Positions 38,901 through 52,400 of a stretch of DNA of 64,000 nucleotides are shown piece by piece; the first letter of the stretch is position 1; the number at the start of each line of letters is the position of its first letter. The notes beneath the pieces are model-generated. The model did no database searches and had not been told where the DNA came from. It worked only from the letters and a program-made list of their open reading frames with translations. This DNA comes from Gnetum montanum (lineage: Eukaryota > Plantae > Gnetophyta). Made by a program: the position numbers and the translations under genes. The stretch spans positions 62,001 through 126,000 of the forward strand of contig MNCI01002498.1 in NCBI GenBank assembly GCA_015680685.1. The letters run 5' to 3'.

Positions 38901-41900
38901 ATAAGGAGAAGGTTACTTATACACCTAGGTAACTTTCTAAAACATCAAAGAAGATGTTTTTTCAACAACATTAGGATTCTCTTCCTTTAGGTAGCCTTCA
39001 ACCTTCATCTAATCCCATATAGCTAATTATAATGGCACTTCTCCCATGATCATTCATGTTAATGGATAATAAATTCATATAGCAAATGACTATTATTTTT
39101 TATTCAAAAGAAACTAACTTGTCATAATATGACCTCATAGCAACCTCTAAAGAACATCATGCTACTTTATATGTTGTACTTAAGAGAATTGTGGTCCTAA
39201 GTAATATTATAGATCAAATAGAGGCTATATCATACTTTCCTTAAGTCCCTCATTATGGATCAAATCATCTAAACTTCCATGATAAGAATATCAAGAATGA
39301 TTTGTAGACAAGAGATATCTATTAGCTACCACTCTACATTACTATCAAAGTATCACATGATGCTTTAATATCATTGCTACATGTTGATGATGGCACCAAA
39401 TATAACGTGATAAAATGGGCTATTGTTAGGAATCTCAGTCTCCATGATCAAGCAACATTTAATGAAACTTATACTCATCTTATTTCTTTTAATAGTACAC
39501 AAGTGAAAGTCATAAGTTTCATTAGGTTGTCATGCACAGTAATTGATTTTATATAATTTGAATCCTTTTTCATGGTTATATGTGAATGTCTTGGTGTAAA
39601 TGGAATACTAGGATGTCCTTAGTTAGCTTAGCATCACATACTATCATCTCCTATATAGCAAAAAATTCATTTTCCCTTTTGAGACCATGAGATAATCATT
39701 TTAGCTTATATGCATATTCTAAGTATTTATCATTTGGATCATGAAACACTTCCTTATTAATGTAGTGGTTAACTAACTATTATTAAAGTTGAATCTTTAG
39801 GTAAATTTGTAGTTACCTCTCATTTTAATAATTTGATGAGTGGTGAGATACCCCTACACTCAACCATATGAATATGAGCGTAGCACACGCAATCCGGTCG
39901 AACTCCGTAGACTAAGTGCCTACACACCCCATGGAACACTTAGGGTTAATTATTCGTTTTCTTCCCAAACTTACTTGTAGTTGTCACGGTGTATGGTTAA
40001 GTAAGTCCGAGGTATATGATTTTTATAGTTTTTATGTTTTTGTCTCCTATGCTAAGAAGGTGAAGGGTTGAGAAACTAATTACTAACTCTAACTAATGAA
40101 CTAAGTCTAAATTAACCTAGTGTCAGCATCCGTTCCCACTTACCATACACACCCTGAACCGATGCAACCATGGCTACCAAATGCTAGTCGTTGCTGGGAT
40201 CACCATGCGTAACACACGTACTCAAAGCAGTTCTACTGAGGCACTTAACTAGGAGAGAAGGGTTGAGAGAGAAAATAGTAAATAAAAATAACAGATAATA
40301 AATAACAATAAATAAAGTCCTAATTAGACTATTCCATGCATTGCAAGGTTTATCCAAGAAGCTCGTCTTTATTGCCATACACAAACTTGTGTTTAGGTAC
40401 AATGTTTGCTCGAATAAATATCCATTCACTTTAGGACTCCTACTACGGGCACATGGAAAATATTCTATCTCTAGAGTGTTCAATCTGCCAGAGTTTCCCT
40501 ATTGTCTAGCCTAGGATGAGGAAACAAGGGAGAGCCGCCTCTTATTTCTAGATATGATGGTGCATCGTGATATCGCGTACGCAATATCATGGGGGAGGAT
40601 GCAATATCACGTACACGATATCGAGAGGGATGCAATATCTCGATGACCACGATATTGCATACACAATATCGCAGCCCATGCGATATCACGTCCCATCAGA
40701 ATTCTACTAATAACAAGGACTTAATAGACCTGAATGATGAGTCTATCCCTAATATTGAATTTGTTGACAAGATTTAAAAATTTTGATATATCTTCTACTA
40801 AGGAAAATATTTTCCTTTATTCTTCTCACTTGAGTACTCGAAAGTTCATCACTAATATAACAATGTTAGAAGCATGAGCTTTGAAATATTTACTATTTTA
40901 TTTTCCACTTTTCCTACATGATAGGCATCTACTAGCATTAATTAGGATGATACTAAAACTTTTCTTTAAAACTTTATCACCTTTTACTATTCATTGCTTA
41001 TTATTAATAGGAAATGTTAAGTGAGAACTAGTTACTTACTGTTAATACATCTCATCATCTTCATTGCTCTTATTTTCTTATTTTTCTATTAATATACAAG
41101 CCATTATTTTTATATTAATAGATATACATACACTTTACTATACATCTCATGACACACAATGATTGGTTGATTAAAATGATATTTTTTATTAGTATCTTAC
41201 AAAAACTTGTAGAATTAGTATACATTATAATATATGATATTGCACATTATTTCCAAAATTTCATTCATACTTATGATGGTTTACAAAGAATAATTCTCTA
41301 TGTCAAATATAAATGATGTGTAAACTAATGTAAAAATGCCAACTTTCTAAATCTTATTCATCATCACCTACAACATTTCCTATTCTTCATCAACCTACAT
41401 GGAAGTTGGATTAGCTATAAATTCCTAGCTAATCTCCCAAGGATCAAAGAAAACAAAAATAATATAGGATAGTTAGTTTCATTTTTCATCACATAATATA
41501 AAATAAAATGACTATCCAAATCTTGGTACTTACCCTATATGTCTTTATACATCTCTAAGATCTTTTCTTCTATCTCTTCTAAGCTTAGGCTAGTTGTATC
41601 TAATGTGTTTAATGTTAAGCCTAGAATCTTTGATAGAATTCTAATTCATCTTCTTCATAGGCCTTCAAATTATCGAAGGAGATGTCATTATTCTTCCATT
41701 CTTTTGCAGGCTCCTACTAAGGGCTTCTTTGTTGCTCTTTTGGTATGGTAATTACCACACTATTAGAAAGATTTTTAAAAAATTATTATAATTTAATCTA
41801 TTTAATAAATATAATTCTTATTTATTTGTCAACATACAGTCCCTTATTTCTTTTAGTAGCTTGCAGTATTCTCACTTATACCAATGCTTATTGATCTGAT

Positions 41901-42130
41901 GTTTTTTACCCTAATTCTTGGATATTACTATAGAATTTCTTAAGCTAGTCATGAAATACATTATGGCTAGTGTTGATCTTTTTCATTCCATCAAAGCTTT
42001 TTAGAAGTCCATAGATTTATTCTTCTTTCTCTAGTAAGTATGGGGAGAAGAATTGTATCACAACATGGCACTGCCTTTTAGTTCAACTTTGAGGAGCTCT
42101 ACCTAGTCGGAGAGCATCTATATTTTCCTT
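35996..42130 (+). mobile_element. Old, heavily decayed Tat/Ogre-like Gypsy element (gag, knuckle, protease, traces of pol); limits approximate
   Basis: Gag SSFTKYNDEMRDLMNHVFIF..ILRFLFHSL (track ORF 37308-37556). Knuckle YYYHETASHDIDNYRNLKDEIQDLIDKGKL (~38230-38320). Protease LLHVDDGTKYNVI (39374 onward). Possible PBS tggtggccact at 35996. Confidence 0.65.
39834..40698 (-). mobile_element. Solo LTR related to the Athila-like LTRs, CpG-retaining (younger)
   Basis: TGATG...CATCA termini and flanks TAATT/GAATT (4/5 TSD). The reverse complement ends attcatatggttgagtgtaggggtatctcaccactcatca, nearly identical to the LTR end at 8275-8313. GATATC palindrome array at 40565-40690. Confidence 0.85.
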
Positions 42131-42199
42131 TTATTTTCTTCTTCTTTCTTGCATACTTTCTTTAATGGATATAGAAGTATGGCATTTGTATTAGCTTAC

Positions 42200-44060
42200 T
42201 CAATGGTCAATACTTGCATGTCATTTTCATAATTAAGAGTCATGTTTATTTTATCCATAGCTATGTCTTTTACCACCATGTCAACATTTATTACTAAATC
42301 ATGAAATTTCATCTTATCCTTGTTTAATTTAATTTTTATTTCTAATAAATAAATAAATAATGTTAGATTCTATACTACTAACATAGGCATTATTCTCTTG
42401 GCAACAATGTTAAGCTTATTTACCTTCTCTTGAAAAAATCAAGTTTAAGTTTCTCTTCATATCTTCAACCAAACCATTCAACATCAAATATTTATCTTCA
42501 ACACAAGCCCATATCTTTTTTCTTCAATTGTGTAAAATGTAAATATTGGCTAAGTTAATTTTCATGTTTTGTGAAATTGCATGTAATCTTTTGACACAAC
42601 ATCAAAATAAACTTACCATATGATGTGAAGAGTTTAGAGCGTATCACTTTCTTAATTCATTTGTAAATCTATGAATCACTCAAAATTAGTTTGCTTATTA
42701 GAGGAGTGATGTTACCAAGAGGTGGAGCATAGATCTAAATTTCTCTAAAAGCTTGTCCCTTTGACTTTCCTGAGTTTGTTGCTCTTTCAATTTTGTTTCA
42801 TTGCAGTTCAATTCAAAGAGATTAGAAAAGGAACATATACTTTCTCTATCACCTTATTCGTTATTCTATTATGAAAGCAAGTCAATTAAGAAATATTTCT
42901 TTTTTCTTATATCTTCTTTCTAGCCTTCAGGAATAGAAGGAATTTTGGAATGTAACTTTTTCGCTTCACATTCCAAAGGTCTCTTTTCCCAAGCCACTTT
43001 TGAAAATAAGCAAAGTGTTAACACTGCATCACAATTCACATATGTAATTTACACTTAGTAAATATGTAATTTTATGCCAAAGAAGAGAAAAAATTACAAT
43101 TCTTATTATCTCTTGTAGCTTCATAAGAGATTTTTATTCCATGAGTCTAAAGAAATATCTTCCTTCTATGAAAGAGGCTTCCTCTTCCTAGAAGTCCTTC
43201 TATTCTCTATCACTTCGAGGATGTTTCCAAAATTTTTCTCCTTCCTTGCTTGTGCATCATCACTTATTTTCTTCTACAATTCTTTGATTCTCTCCAACAT
43301 TGAATAAGCCACCTCTTTTTTTTTATCTTTGAAATTGATGTTAAATTATCCTCGCCACCAATGTTATATGTAGACATCAAACTCCCCAAGTGTTGGCATA
43401 GTGAAAGCTTGAACTCTACCTCGAAAGCAACATCTGATTACTTCTCTCCATATTTAGTAAAAAAAAAAATTTCCACTGCCTTTATTAAGCCATAGTAAAA
43501 CCCAAAATTAAGCCTTTTACTCACTATCTTCTTCTTTCTTTTTTTGTTCTCATAGGGTAGCTTTTCCATATCTTCTACTACCCCTTATAGATTATCGATG
43601 CATAGTCAACTGCCATTCCTTGAAACATAGTCCCATACAACTCATGCAACTACATGGGAATAAGTTCCCATTTTTTACTAATATTAGTACAAAATAAGCA
43701 TTCAATGAAAAAAGGAAATAAATTTTTCAAGTCTTTGTTTTTCCTCTTATGTACATTGATGGCATCTCTTTTTCTAATCCCACTCACTCCTCTACTACTA
43801 GCTCTACTAAATCTATTTTTGAGCTATCAATCTTTATTTCTCACTTTGGTAAACCTAACTAATGCCTTAATGTAGCTAGGATCTAGGTATTGATAACTTG
43901 CTTCCAATCCACATGCACTACAAAGATAGCTTTCTTAGTTGAGTAGCTCTATATTAGTCCAACACATTCTCCCACATAAGGATACAGGTGCCTTAAATTC
44001 AAAGAATAGAAAGTCTGTAGCCTATCAAACCTATGGAAATACTTGATGGCTTAACCTTTA
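42200..44060 (-). pseudogene. Decayed antisense accessory ORF, probably belonging to the old Tat/Ogre element (PMD-like N-terminus, charged/coiled-coil C-terminus)
   Basis: Minus-strand reading ..DRLQTFYSLNLRHLYPYVGECVGLI*SYSTKKAIFVVHVDWKQV..LRH*LGLPK*EIKID.., followed by an E/K-rich region. Confidence 0.4.
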
Positions 44061-45249
44061 AATAGTCACTTTCTAATGCTTTATGCTTTACTAGTCAATC
44101 TAACTTCAAACTCCCATGCTAGGTTAGTGACATTAATAAATTTTACATTAAGAATGCTTATTTGAACTATAGTAATTACAATTGACTATTAGTATAATTT
44201 ACTACCCTTTCTATCTTTTTCTAATAAAGAACTAAGTATGAACTTATACGTTTAGGCTTTAAGATGACTCTTGGTCCCTTTGGTCACTCTACATTTTCAC
44301 CATGGGTTTCACCTCATATAGGATGAAACCATTCTCTTTTGTCATACATTTTGATACTTTTGGGGCTAAGAAATGCCTCATAAGTGGTCAAATCCTCATT
44401 CCCCAAGTAAAACGAGTCACATAGTATCTATATTTGGGCTAGGGGGTGTCAAAATTCCTTTTGGAATGCAAAAATGGCAATTTGATGGGTTTTATTGGGG
44501 AGGCATACACTTTTCTATGCTAGAAACACCTGCAAGGGATAGATCTCACATACCCCTAGTGTAGAGGGGTGTGGATCACCTACAACCAACATCAAAGGAT
44601 AGACCTCAATGTGGAGGGATATGGTGGCATCTATGCTCAGTGTGAAAACTTTATCCCTAGCATGGAGATTGCATGCCCAACATAGAGATTGCATGCCCCT
44701 ATTGTAGAAGCCACATGTACCAAATTTCAACATTTCATGCTCTTCAACATTAACCATGGACTCTAACGAGGATGATAGAAGGTCCAACATGGAAGATCTA
44801 CCTCTAGCATATATAGTGTATCCCCATTACTATTTATAGTAAATGAAATGGCCATGGGGGTTTGGCACTTTTCATAAATAGTAACCCCCAAACTGGGCAT
44901 CCATTTCACCTATATGTGGTAGAAATTTATAGCAATTTGCATCCAATTTGTCACCTAGATTACCACCAATTTGTAGCAAAAACTAAAGGTTCAAAACCTA
45001 TAAAAATTAGCATCGAACACCATTTTGAGGTTTGACACTTTAGCATTCTAAGAATTTTAGCATTCTTAACACCCAAGAGCTCTTGCAAAACTTGCATAAA
45101 TGTAACTTCTTGTAGCCTTGTAGGGTGGAATCCTCGTGACCTTGTTATCCCCCTTGAGATTTGTAAGATGACCTTGTTATCTTTCATAACCTCATGGTAG
45201 TCAAATGTAGATAATATTTAAGACTTAGGGGGTAGATTCCTAAGTTCTT

Positions 45250-48200
45250 AGTAATAAATGAAGAACACTACAACTTCATGTGTGCCAAGATCTAGGTTGG
45301 CATGCTGATTTTATGAATGGAAGTAGAAGCCAAGAGAGAATTTGAGCTTATACATCGTAATGGAAAGGAGTATATTCCATCTTTTTATGATCAAATACCT
45401 CTTTATGATCATGACATCATCCTAGCTTACCTAATCAACATGGAAGAAGAGGATTGATAGTCTAACTTGGATGGGTAGCCAAAGGAGGAAGATGAGTTCA
45501 AGGTAGAATTTGAGCCCAAATATGTCTTGGGTGCACCTTTCCAACAAGCCACTCCTTGGACAATAGGGCCTACCTCCATTGATTTTATTTCTTTCATAGA
45601 GAATGTCCCTCCACCTTTAGCCTATCTTGAATTGACCATGTTTGGATCCATGCTAGTCATAGTCACACATTAGACCCAATTGGTACCATAGCCAACAACC
45701 TATAACCTCTCCATGTCTTTCACCACATAGCCCTGGCCTGTGTAGTCATTGGCAGTGGTTTTCATGACCACAAATCCATTGAATAACCAANTCTGTGTAG
45801 TCATTGGCAGTGGTTTTCATGACCACAAATCCATTGAATAACCAAGTAGGATCCACCATGGGACCCTAGGCAACCCATGGATCACATACCTCCTTTATTC
45901 TATTTGTGCCCTAAGTACCAACATAAACACCTTTCTCCTTGTTTCATTTGTTGACTATAGCTATAACACAACCTCTCCCCTCTATGCAACAACTGATAGC
46001 GAGGCCACAAGCCTTCCAACAAATGCCACAATCATTTGTACAAACCCCACAATTAACAGGGGCACCATAAGGCCTAAATTAGGCCTTTCAAATGATCTAG
46101 GACCTAATGGAGAAGTTGAAGAGACTTAAAGCCTCTACATCTTAAAGTGTCAAGATCATGAACTTCTCCCAAGATGATTCCATTAGCCTTGTGGTCCCAC
46201 CCTTGATGTTTCCTCCTGGTGTTCCCATCCCTTAATTTAGCAAGTACAATGAAGAAGGTGATCCCAATACTCACCTTATTACTTTATGCTTTGAGTGCTT
46301 GTTGTCACAACCATGGCCATACACCATAATGAGGATATTCCCTATGCCTTTGACAAGGAAGGAACTTGAATAGTATTGTGTCTTATCAAGGGGATCTATA
46401 TTCTCTCTTGAAGAATTGATAGCACAGTTTGTTAACTTCTTTAAGTACAACATAAAGCCTGACACTACGCTTGACCAACTAATGAAGATCAAGTAAGAAT
46501 CCCTTGAACTAGTGTAGAAGTTCATCCAATGATGAAACGATCTACTTAATGAAATACTAGAGCCTATACTTGAAACCCAACTTTTGGCTATATTCAATGG
46601 GATGGTTAATGACTTTATAAAGTTCAAGCTATATTTTCTTGTCCTATGGACACTTAGTCAAGTGTTCTCCTAAACCAAAAACATAGAGGATGCTATAGAA
46701 GCTAGCCACAACCTTGCTTATGTGGCATACAAAAAGCAACACATGTGGAGGAACAAAGAGAAGGGTAAGTAGAATACTATAGCTATAGTGATGGTAGCTA
46801 AAACAAAGCCAAAATCACTAACCAAGGCCCAAGGTCCAACCCATCCAAAGACCCTACTAATAATTGTGATATCCAACCATCAACCTCTAGGGGGATTGCA
46901 TCGATTCCTCCTAGGTCAAACTTTATGTAGAAGGATAGGACAAAATACACTAGTTTATCTTTGAAGCCATTCAAATTATTGGAATAAGTGTTGAAGAGTC
47001 GATGTATACAATAAAAGAAAATGATTGAAGCACTCAAGAGAAGCATGAGAGGCTATGTGAAATAGCCAAAGATCCCACTTGAGGAATGAAGGATGACCCT
47101 CAACTACCTAGGTAGTTTAAGCTAGACTACTTTTGCCACTATTACCAACTACCTAGTCATGACAAAAACTTTTACCTTGAACTGAATAATGACCTACGTA
47201 AAATGATGGATAGGGGAGAGTTGGTCCTAGATGCCTCCAACCTAGTTTGACTACAAAACTAGGTGATGTAGGTGTATAAGAACCCATTGAACACTAATAA
47301 TAGCCCCTATGTTATATCGGCATTTAACATTGATGACAACTAGAGATCAACAAGGGAACCATTCATGATCTAAGTACCCCCTCATGATGAAAGGCCTTCT
47401 TTAGTGTCCACCAACTTAGGACCCCCATTCATTGTAAGAGTACCATTGTGAGCACCTCTAACAAATCCTTTTGTTATCAAGGTATCCCAACCCAACATAA
47501 CCCATCTAGTCACAAGCCAACTAACCACAATAACCACACAACAACCTCCTATGGTGGCTAATGCTACAACCTCTTCCTCAAAACCACCAAGTGATAACCA
47601 AAAAGCCTCAACCAAGTAGAGGAAGAAGCATAAGAAAAAGCCTAACAACAAGGATGACAAGCATATTGAGGCACAGCAAGAAGTGGACCCACTGAAGCCC
47701 ACTTCCATATCATCCATATCCATGACCTCCCCTTCTTAGCCTGCTTTAACTAGTAAACCATAGGAGGATCCAAAAACTCAAAACTAGAAAAAAGAGAAGA
47801 GACCCCAACAAAAATAAGCTAAGGCTAAAGTTTGCATATTGGGATTCATAAAGGAAGTAAAGCACAACTGGGATGACAAGCCCACAGCCAACAACAAAAG
47901 CTTCCTCAATATAATGAAGTAAGTCAAATAGTCCCTCAAATAGAAAAATATAACCTTAAGCCTGTATGAATTGATCATGACTTCCACTACACATTGCAAA
48001 GTGCTTATCAAAATGTTGACTTTTATCCCCATTAATGAGGACATCCCTACTAACAAGGAATCCATCCATGCAATAATGGTTTCTTCTTCACCGAGGAAAA
48101 AGAAGTCAACATCATTGGTGTTTAGTAATAGTAAGGTCTAGATTAGCCCCCAAAATGGCAAAGTGACTAGGGCTCCTATTTTCATAACCATACGCATACG

Positions 48201-48792
48201 ATAGTACAAGGTCCATCGAGTGCATGTTGACCATAGTGCCACAAAAAATGTTATCCCATGTATCATTGTTGAGCACCTAGTCTTGACTAAGAAAACACAA
48301 CATACGACAATCATAACTCTCAAGTCCTTCAATAGAGTAAGGGTTACTATCAAGGGGTCTATCTCCTTGGACTTTATGGTAGGGAGGTAATTCCCTACAA
48401 CCACCAATTTCTTGATGGTGAAGTAGATGCCACTATTTAACCTCATCCTAGGAAGACCTTAGTTGGTCTTCACCTATCCACCAAGAAATTCATCTTCCTT
48501 ACAAGGGAGGTGAAATCATGATTCATGGTGATAACGTGATTTCTTTGGCTATCAGCAATGTAGGTATAGAGCATAGGTCTAAAGTGGAGTTTTAAGAAGA
48601 AACTCCTAGCCATGAAGTCTAGTAACTCGAGAGAGTAGAGAAAGCCAAAAGAGATAATAATGAATAATGGGATATACTATGGAAAGAGTTTGCCTTCAAC
48701 ATCGTTAGTGAAGGGGATAAGGAATATAGACTTATGTAGAGTAGGCCTTATACATTTCCTAATCTATCAAAGCTTAAGAAAACCTTGCATAA
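45250..48792 (+). pseudogene. gag: Ogre/Tat gag and aspartic protease, decayed
   Basis: FSKYNEEGDPNTHL..IMRIFPMPLT..GSIFSLEELIAQF..LMKIK*E (46230-46510); knuckle FCHYYQLPSHD (~47130); protease VHRVHVDHSATKNVIP..FNLILGRP (48200-48460). Confidence 0.85.
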
Positions 48793-49448
48793 GTAAGGCA
48801 CACCCCTAATCCTTCCATGGTATCCCTTGTAACATTTGTAGCCATGCATTGATAGCTAGTTAACCTAGATTTCCTTGGTTTCCTGTTGATTATTTATGTT
48901 AGCATTATTTTTGTTTGCTTTATTTCAACCTTTTTAGCATGTAGCCTAGAGATTTATGTTTATTTGGATTTCTATTGGCCTTTTTCTTTCTTTATTTTCA
49001 TTGTTTAGCTATATATAAAACTAGAAATCCCATAAAAAGTTTTTAAAAAATTGCCAAAAAAATATGAGTTTCTTTTCAATGTAACTTAGCCTGCCATGGC
49101 CTAAAACTAGCAATTTCACCTAGCTCACCATGGCCTAAAACTAGCAAGCATCTCTTTTATACTATTTACGTTTTAGCCTATAATTGCATTGTTTAGTTGT
49201 TTAACTTTGCAACCGAGATCAACACAACCATTTACAATGTTTATATCACTAGAACAATATATAGCCAAAAAAGTGAAATGAAAGAAATTAAATTTAAAAT
49301 GTTTATAACATGCATAGCCATGGCCACACTATGAGGAAAAATATCCAAAAAAAATAGTAATCATCCATAACATGGTCTTGGCTGATAATAGCCATCAACA
49401 AAAAAAAAAACATGTATCCAACAAGCTAATATATGCAAATTTAAGATG

Positions 49449-52400
49449 CTAAGGGGCATCTAGAGGAGGAAGTGGTGGGTCATCCCCACCCTCATCACTA
49501 GGGCCACCAATGTCTCCTAATGCCTAAAATACAACAACAAAATAGCTAATTAGTAACCAATAACCAGAACTACAACATAAATAAGACCAAAAACTAAAAC
49601 TAAAAAAAAAATAAAATACATCAAACCTATGGGGAATTTGGGCCCATAACCTTCAAGGGTAGATGTTAAAGACCATTCTCCAACTGATGGAGAATTTGGT
49701 CTTCCTTCATACTGGCCCAACCAATATCCCCAAGATCAATGCCTTTGAGGATGTTAGTCCTATCCACTTTTGTCTAGTAGGAAATTTCCAAGTGATGGTA
49801 GCTATAGAAGACTCACTTGAAACAATGGTGATCTTAGGAGTAGGAGATTTTTCCACCATGAGAATGCTCTCAAAGAGCTGGTAGGCATTCTCTACTTGAA
49901 TTTCCTAAATGAATAGCTCCCTCTTTCATTGTTCAATTGACTCCTCTTTGAGCCACTTTAAGTAGGCCTTGTAATCACCTTTATACTCTCGCTTGTGGTC
50001 CTTTTGTATCTTATCCCACTCTAGGATCCATATGCAATGGTCTTTCCAATCCTCATCCTTTTGGGAGATAAAGATCAATTTTCATTTGTTGATCCACCAT
50101 CTCCTATGAGAGTGCCACCTTTTCATGGATGGTATGCTAGTAGTGGGCCCATGTGATCTCTCTGGTTCACAAGTTCTCTAAGTTAGCCACATGAGCTTCT
50201 ACAAAGGACTTACATTCCTAGAGTTCCCTAATGGTTGTAGCCTACCACTGAGTCTCCTCCCTTAAGGTTACAACATACTCCCATAGGGATTTTTTGGACC
50301 TCTCCATCTCCCATGAAGTTTTCATGCATGAAATTACTAGATCAATAGTAGTTTTGTACAAGTTCAAGGGTACACTCTATACAACAAAGGAAAGCTTTGA
50401 CAAGGAGTCAAACTCCATGTCTTAGCTAGGGTCCTTCTCCATAGATCACATTGTAGATAATACATAACCATAAAATACAATCATAAACATATTTTACAAC
50501 CCAAGATAGCCATAACATAAACACAACTAGTAACATAGCAAAACAACTAAGGCATAGGAAATAAAGTTCATACCTATTTTGGGTGCAACTTGTTGTAACT
50601 GGTTGATGATGTCCTTGGTCATTCCATGCATGAACTCCATCTTGTTTGGGACTTGTGCCCATGGTTTCACATGAAACATAGGGGAAGGGCCATTCTCTAG
50701 TGGCTTAAGAACTACTACAACATAACAATCATCAAATGGCTAGAATGAAAACAAAACCTAAAACCATAGGTTATAATGAGAAGCATTAAGACATGTACGT
50801 TGGCCCCTCCTCCTCCTCTGAGATGATGATAGGAGATGTACCTAGTACTACCTCACTGAACAAGGCATCTAGATAATCTAAGCCTACATTTAGTAACCCT
50901 TCAACCTCATGTTGATGTAAGAGTGTCTCCTCTGCATGCCTTCTTTCTTCCTCCAATGCAATGACTACATGTCTCTATGCTTCCTCCTCCATGGAAAATT
51001 AGGCTGTCATGTCCCAATTCTTATCTATAATCATAGCATATAAAAAACCAATTAGTACATGAAACCATAACATAGCCATAAGTCTTAAAACATAGAATAT
51101 CCAAAACATAGATAACTCTTATCTATGAATGCTTAATGTAATGTTTTATGCTTAAACTTAAGCTTCTTCTAGGTGGATTTCTTTTATGCTAGTGGTGCTT
51201 CCTCTAAGGGCCTCTTAAGCTTGGCCTTGGCTACTCCTTTGGCCTCTCTATGTAACCATTAGGCCATCAGGATGATCACAAGAATTGTCAAGGGCTCCTC
51301 CCCTATGCTATCAAGGGTTTCACACTACCTACCACCAAGATCCTTGGTAGTGATAAATAGTGAATCATCCATCTCATCTAGTAGATTCTAGGCTTGCATG
51401 ATTGGATAAATATGCTTTATCCAAGGCCTATAAAGTTGGTCCAAGTCTTGGACCACCCATTTTCCATTCCTATAGACCACTAGAAACTCCACAAACCTCT
51501 TTAAATAACCTATAAGGAATGTAAAATGCATGTGGATTATGGTAGAGGTATCATCATAGAGTTTAAGAATCTCCTCTTAAAGCCCAATTAAATATGGTAT
51601 TCTCCATTAGGAACTTCTTAAAGGTCCATCCCTAGGAAATGATGATTACATTCTTTTGTGATAGTAGTCTAGGAAATGCACAAGATCTAAATAAAGGATA
51701 GGATTCCTTTGCTTCAAGATTTGTAAAGCCATCCATGAAAAGCTTGGAGTGGCTCTTACTAGCACCAGCCCACTTCAAAACTTCCTCACAATGGCCTGCT
51801 TCTTTTACTATATTGGTGGCAACCTTTTCCCTATCTGCAGAGACATCAAAAAAGTTACAAAATATGTCCTCATGGATGGGTATGGTAATTGGCATATCTC
51901 AAACCATATTGCTAAAATAATTGGATTCTTTATTGAAGGAGTCAATGATGTTCAACATCTCTACAGTGGGGATGAAAGGGATAGGTGCCATGAACACATC
52001 AAGCAAACATGAATACTCAATGTTTACTTGGATGTATCTAACATCCTATCCCCTCAACCATTCTCATGCTAGCAGTGCCTCACCAAGTTTTAGGATGAGG
52101 GTATCCTCATGACATCCTAAAACTGATAAGGTGACATCAATAGAGGTGGAAGGTCCTGCAAAACAACAACAAATTTTTAGCATCAACATAGGCATTTCTA
52201 ACAACTAGTTAAAATGATAGAACACTTAAAACCTTAGAAAACATAAAATATTAACCATTACAACCCATGTATTTATCTTTTCTCTTCTTGCTAAATGTGT
52301 TTTGCATAGAGGGATCAGCTGCAAAGCTCTAATCCTCAATGCTCGTAGAGCCCACTCATCAATTGTGTACTATCTTTTTGGCCACATACTTCTTGTAGAT

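Noticed and set aside
20244-44029. The inverted ~205 bp pair as TIRs of a 24 kb DNA transposon
   Set aside because: No TSD and no transposase, and the right copy is internal to a continuous ORF remnant
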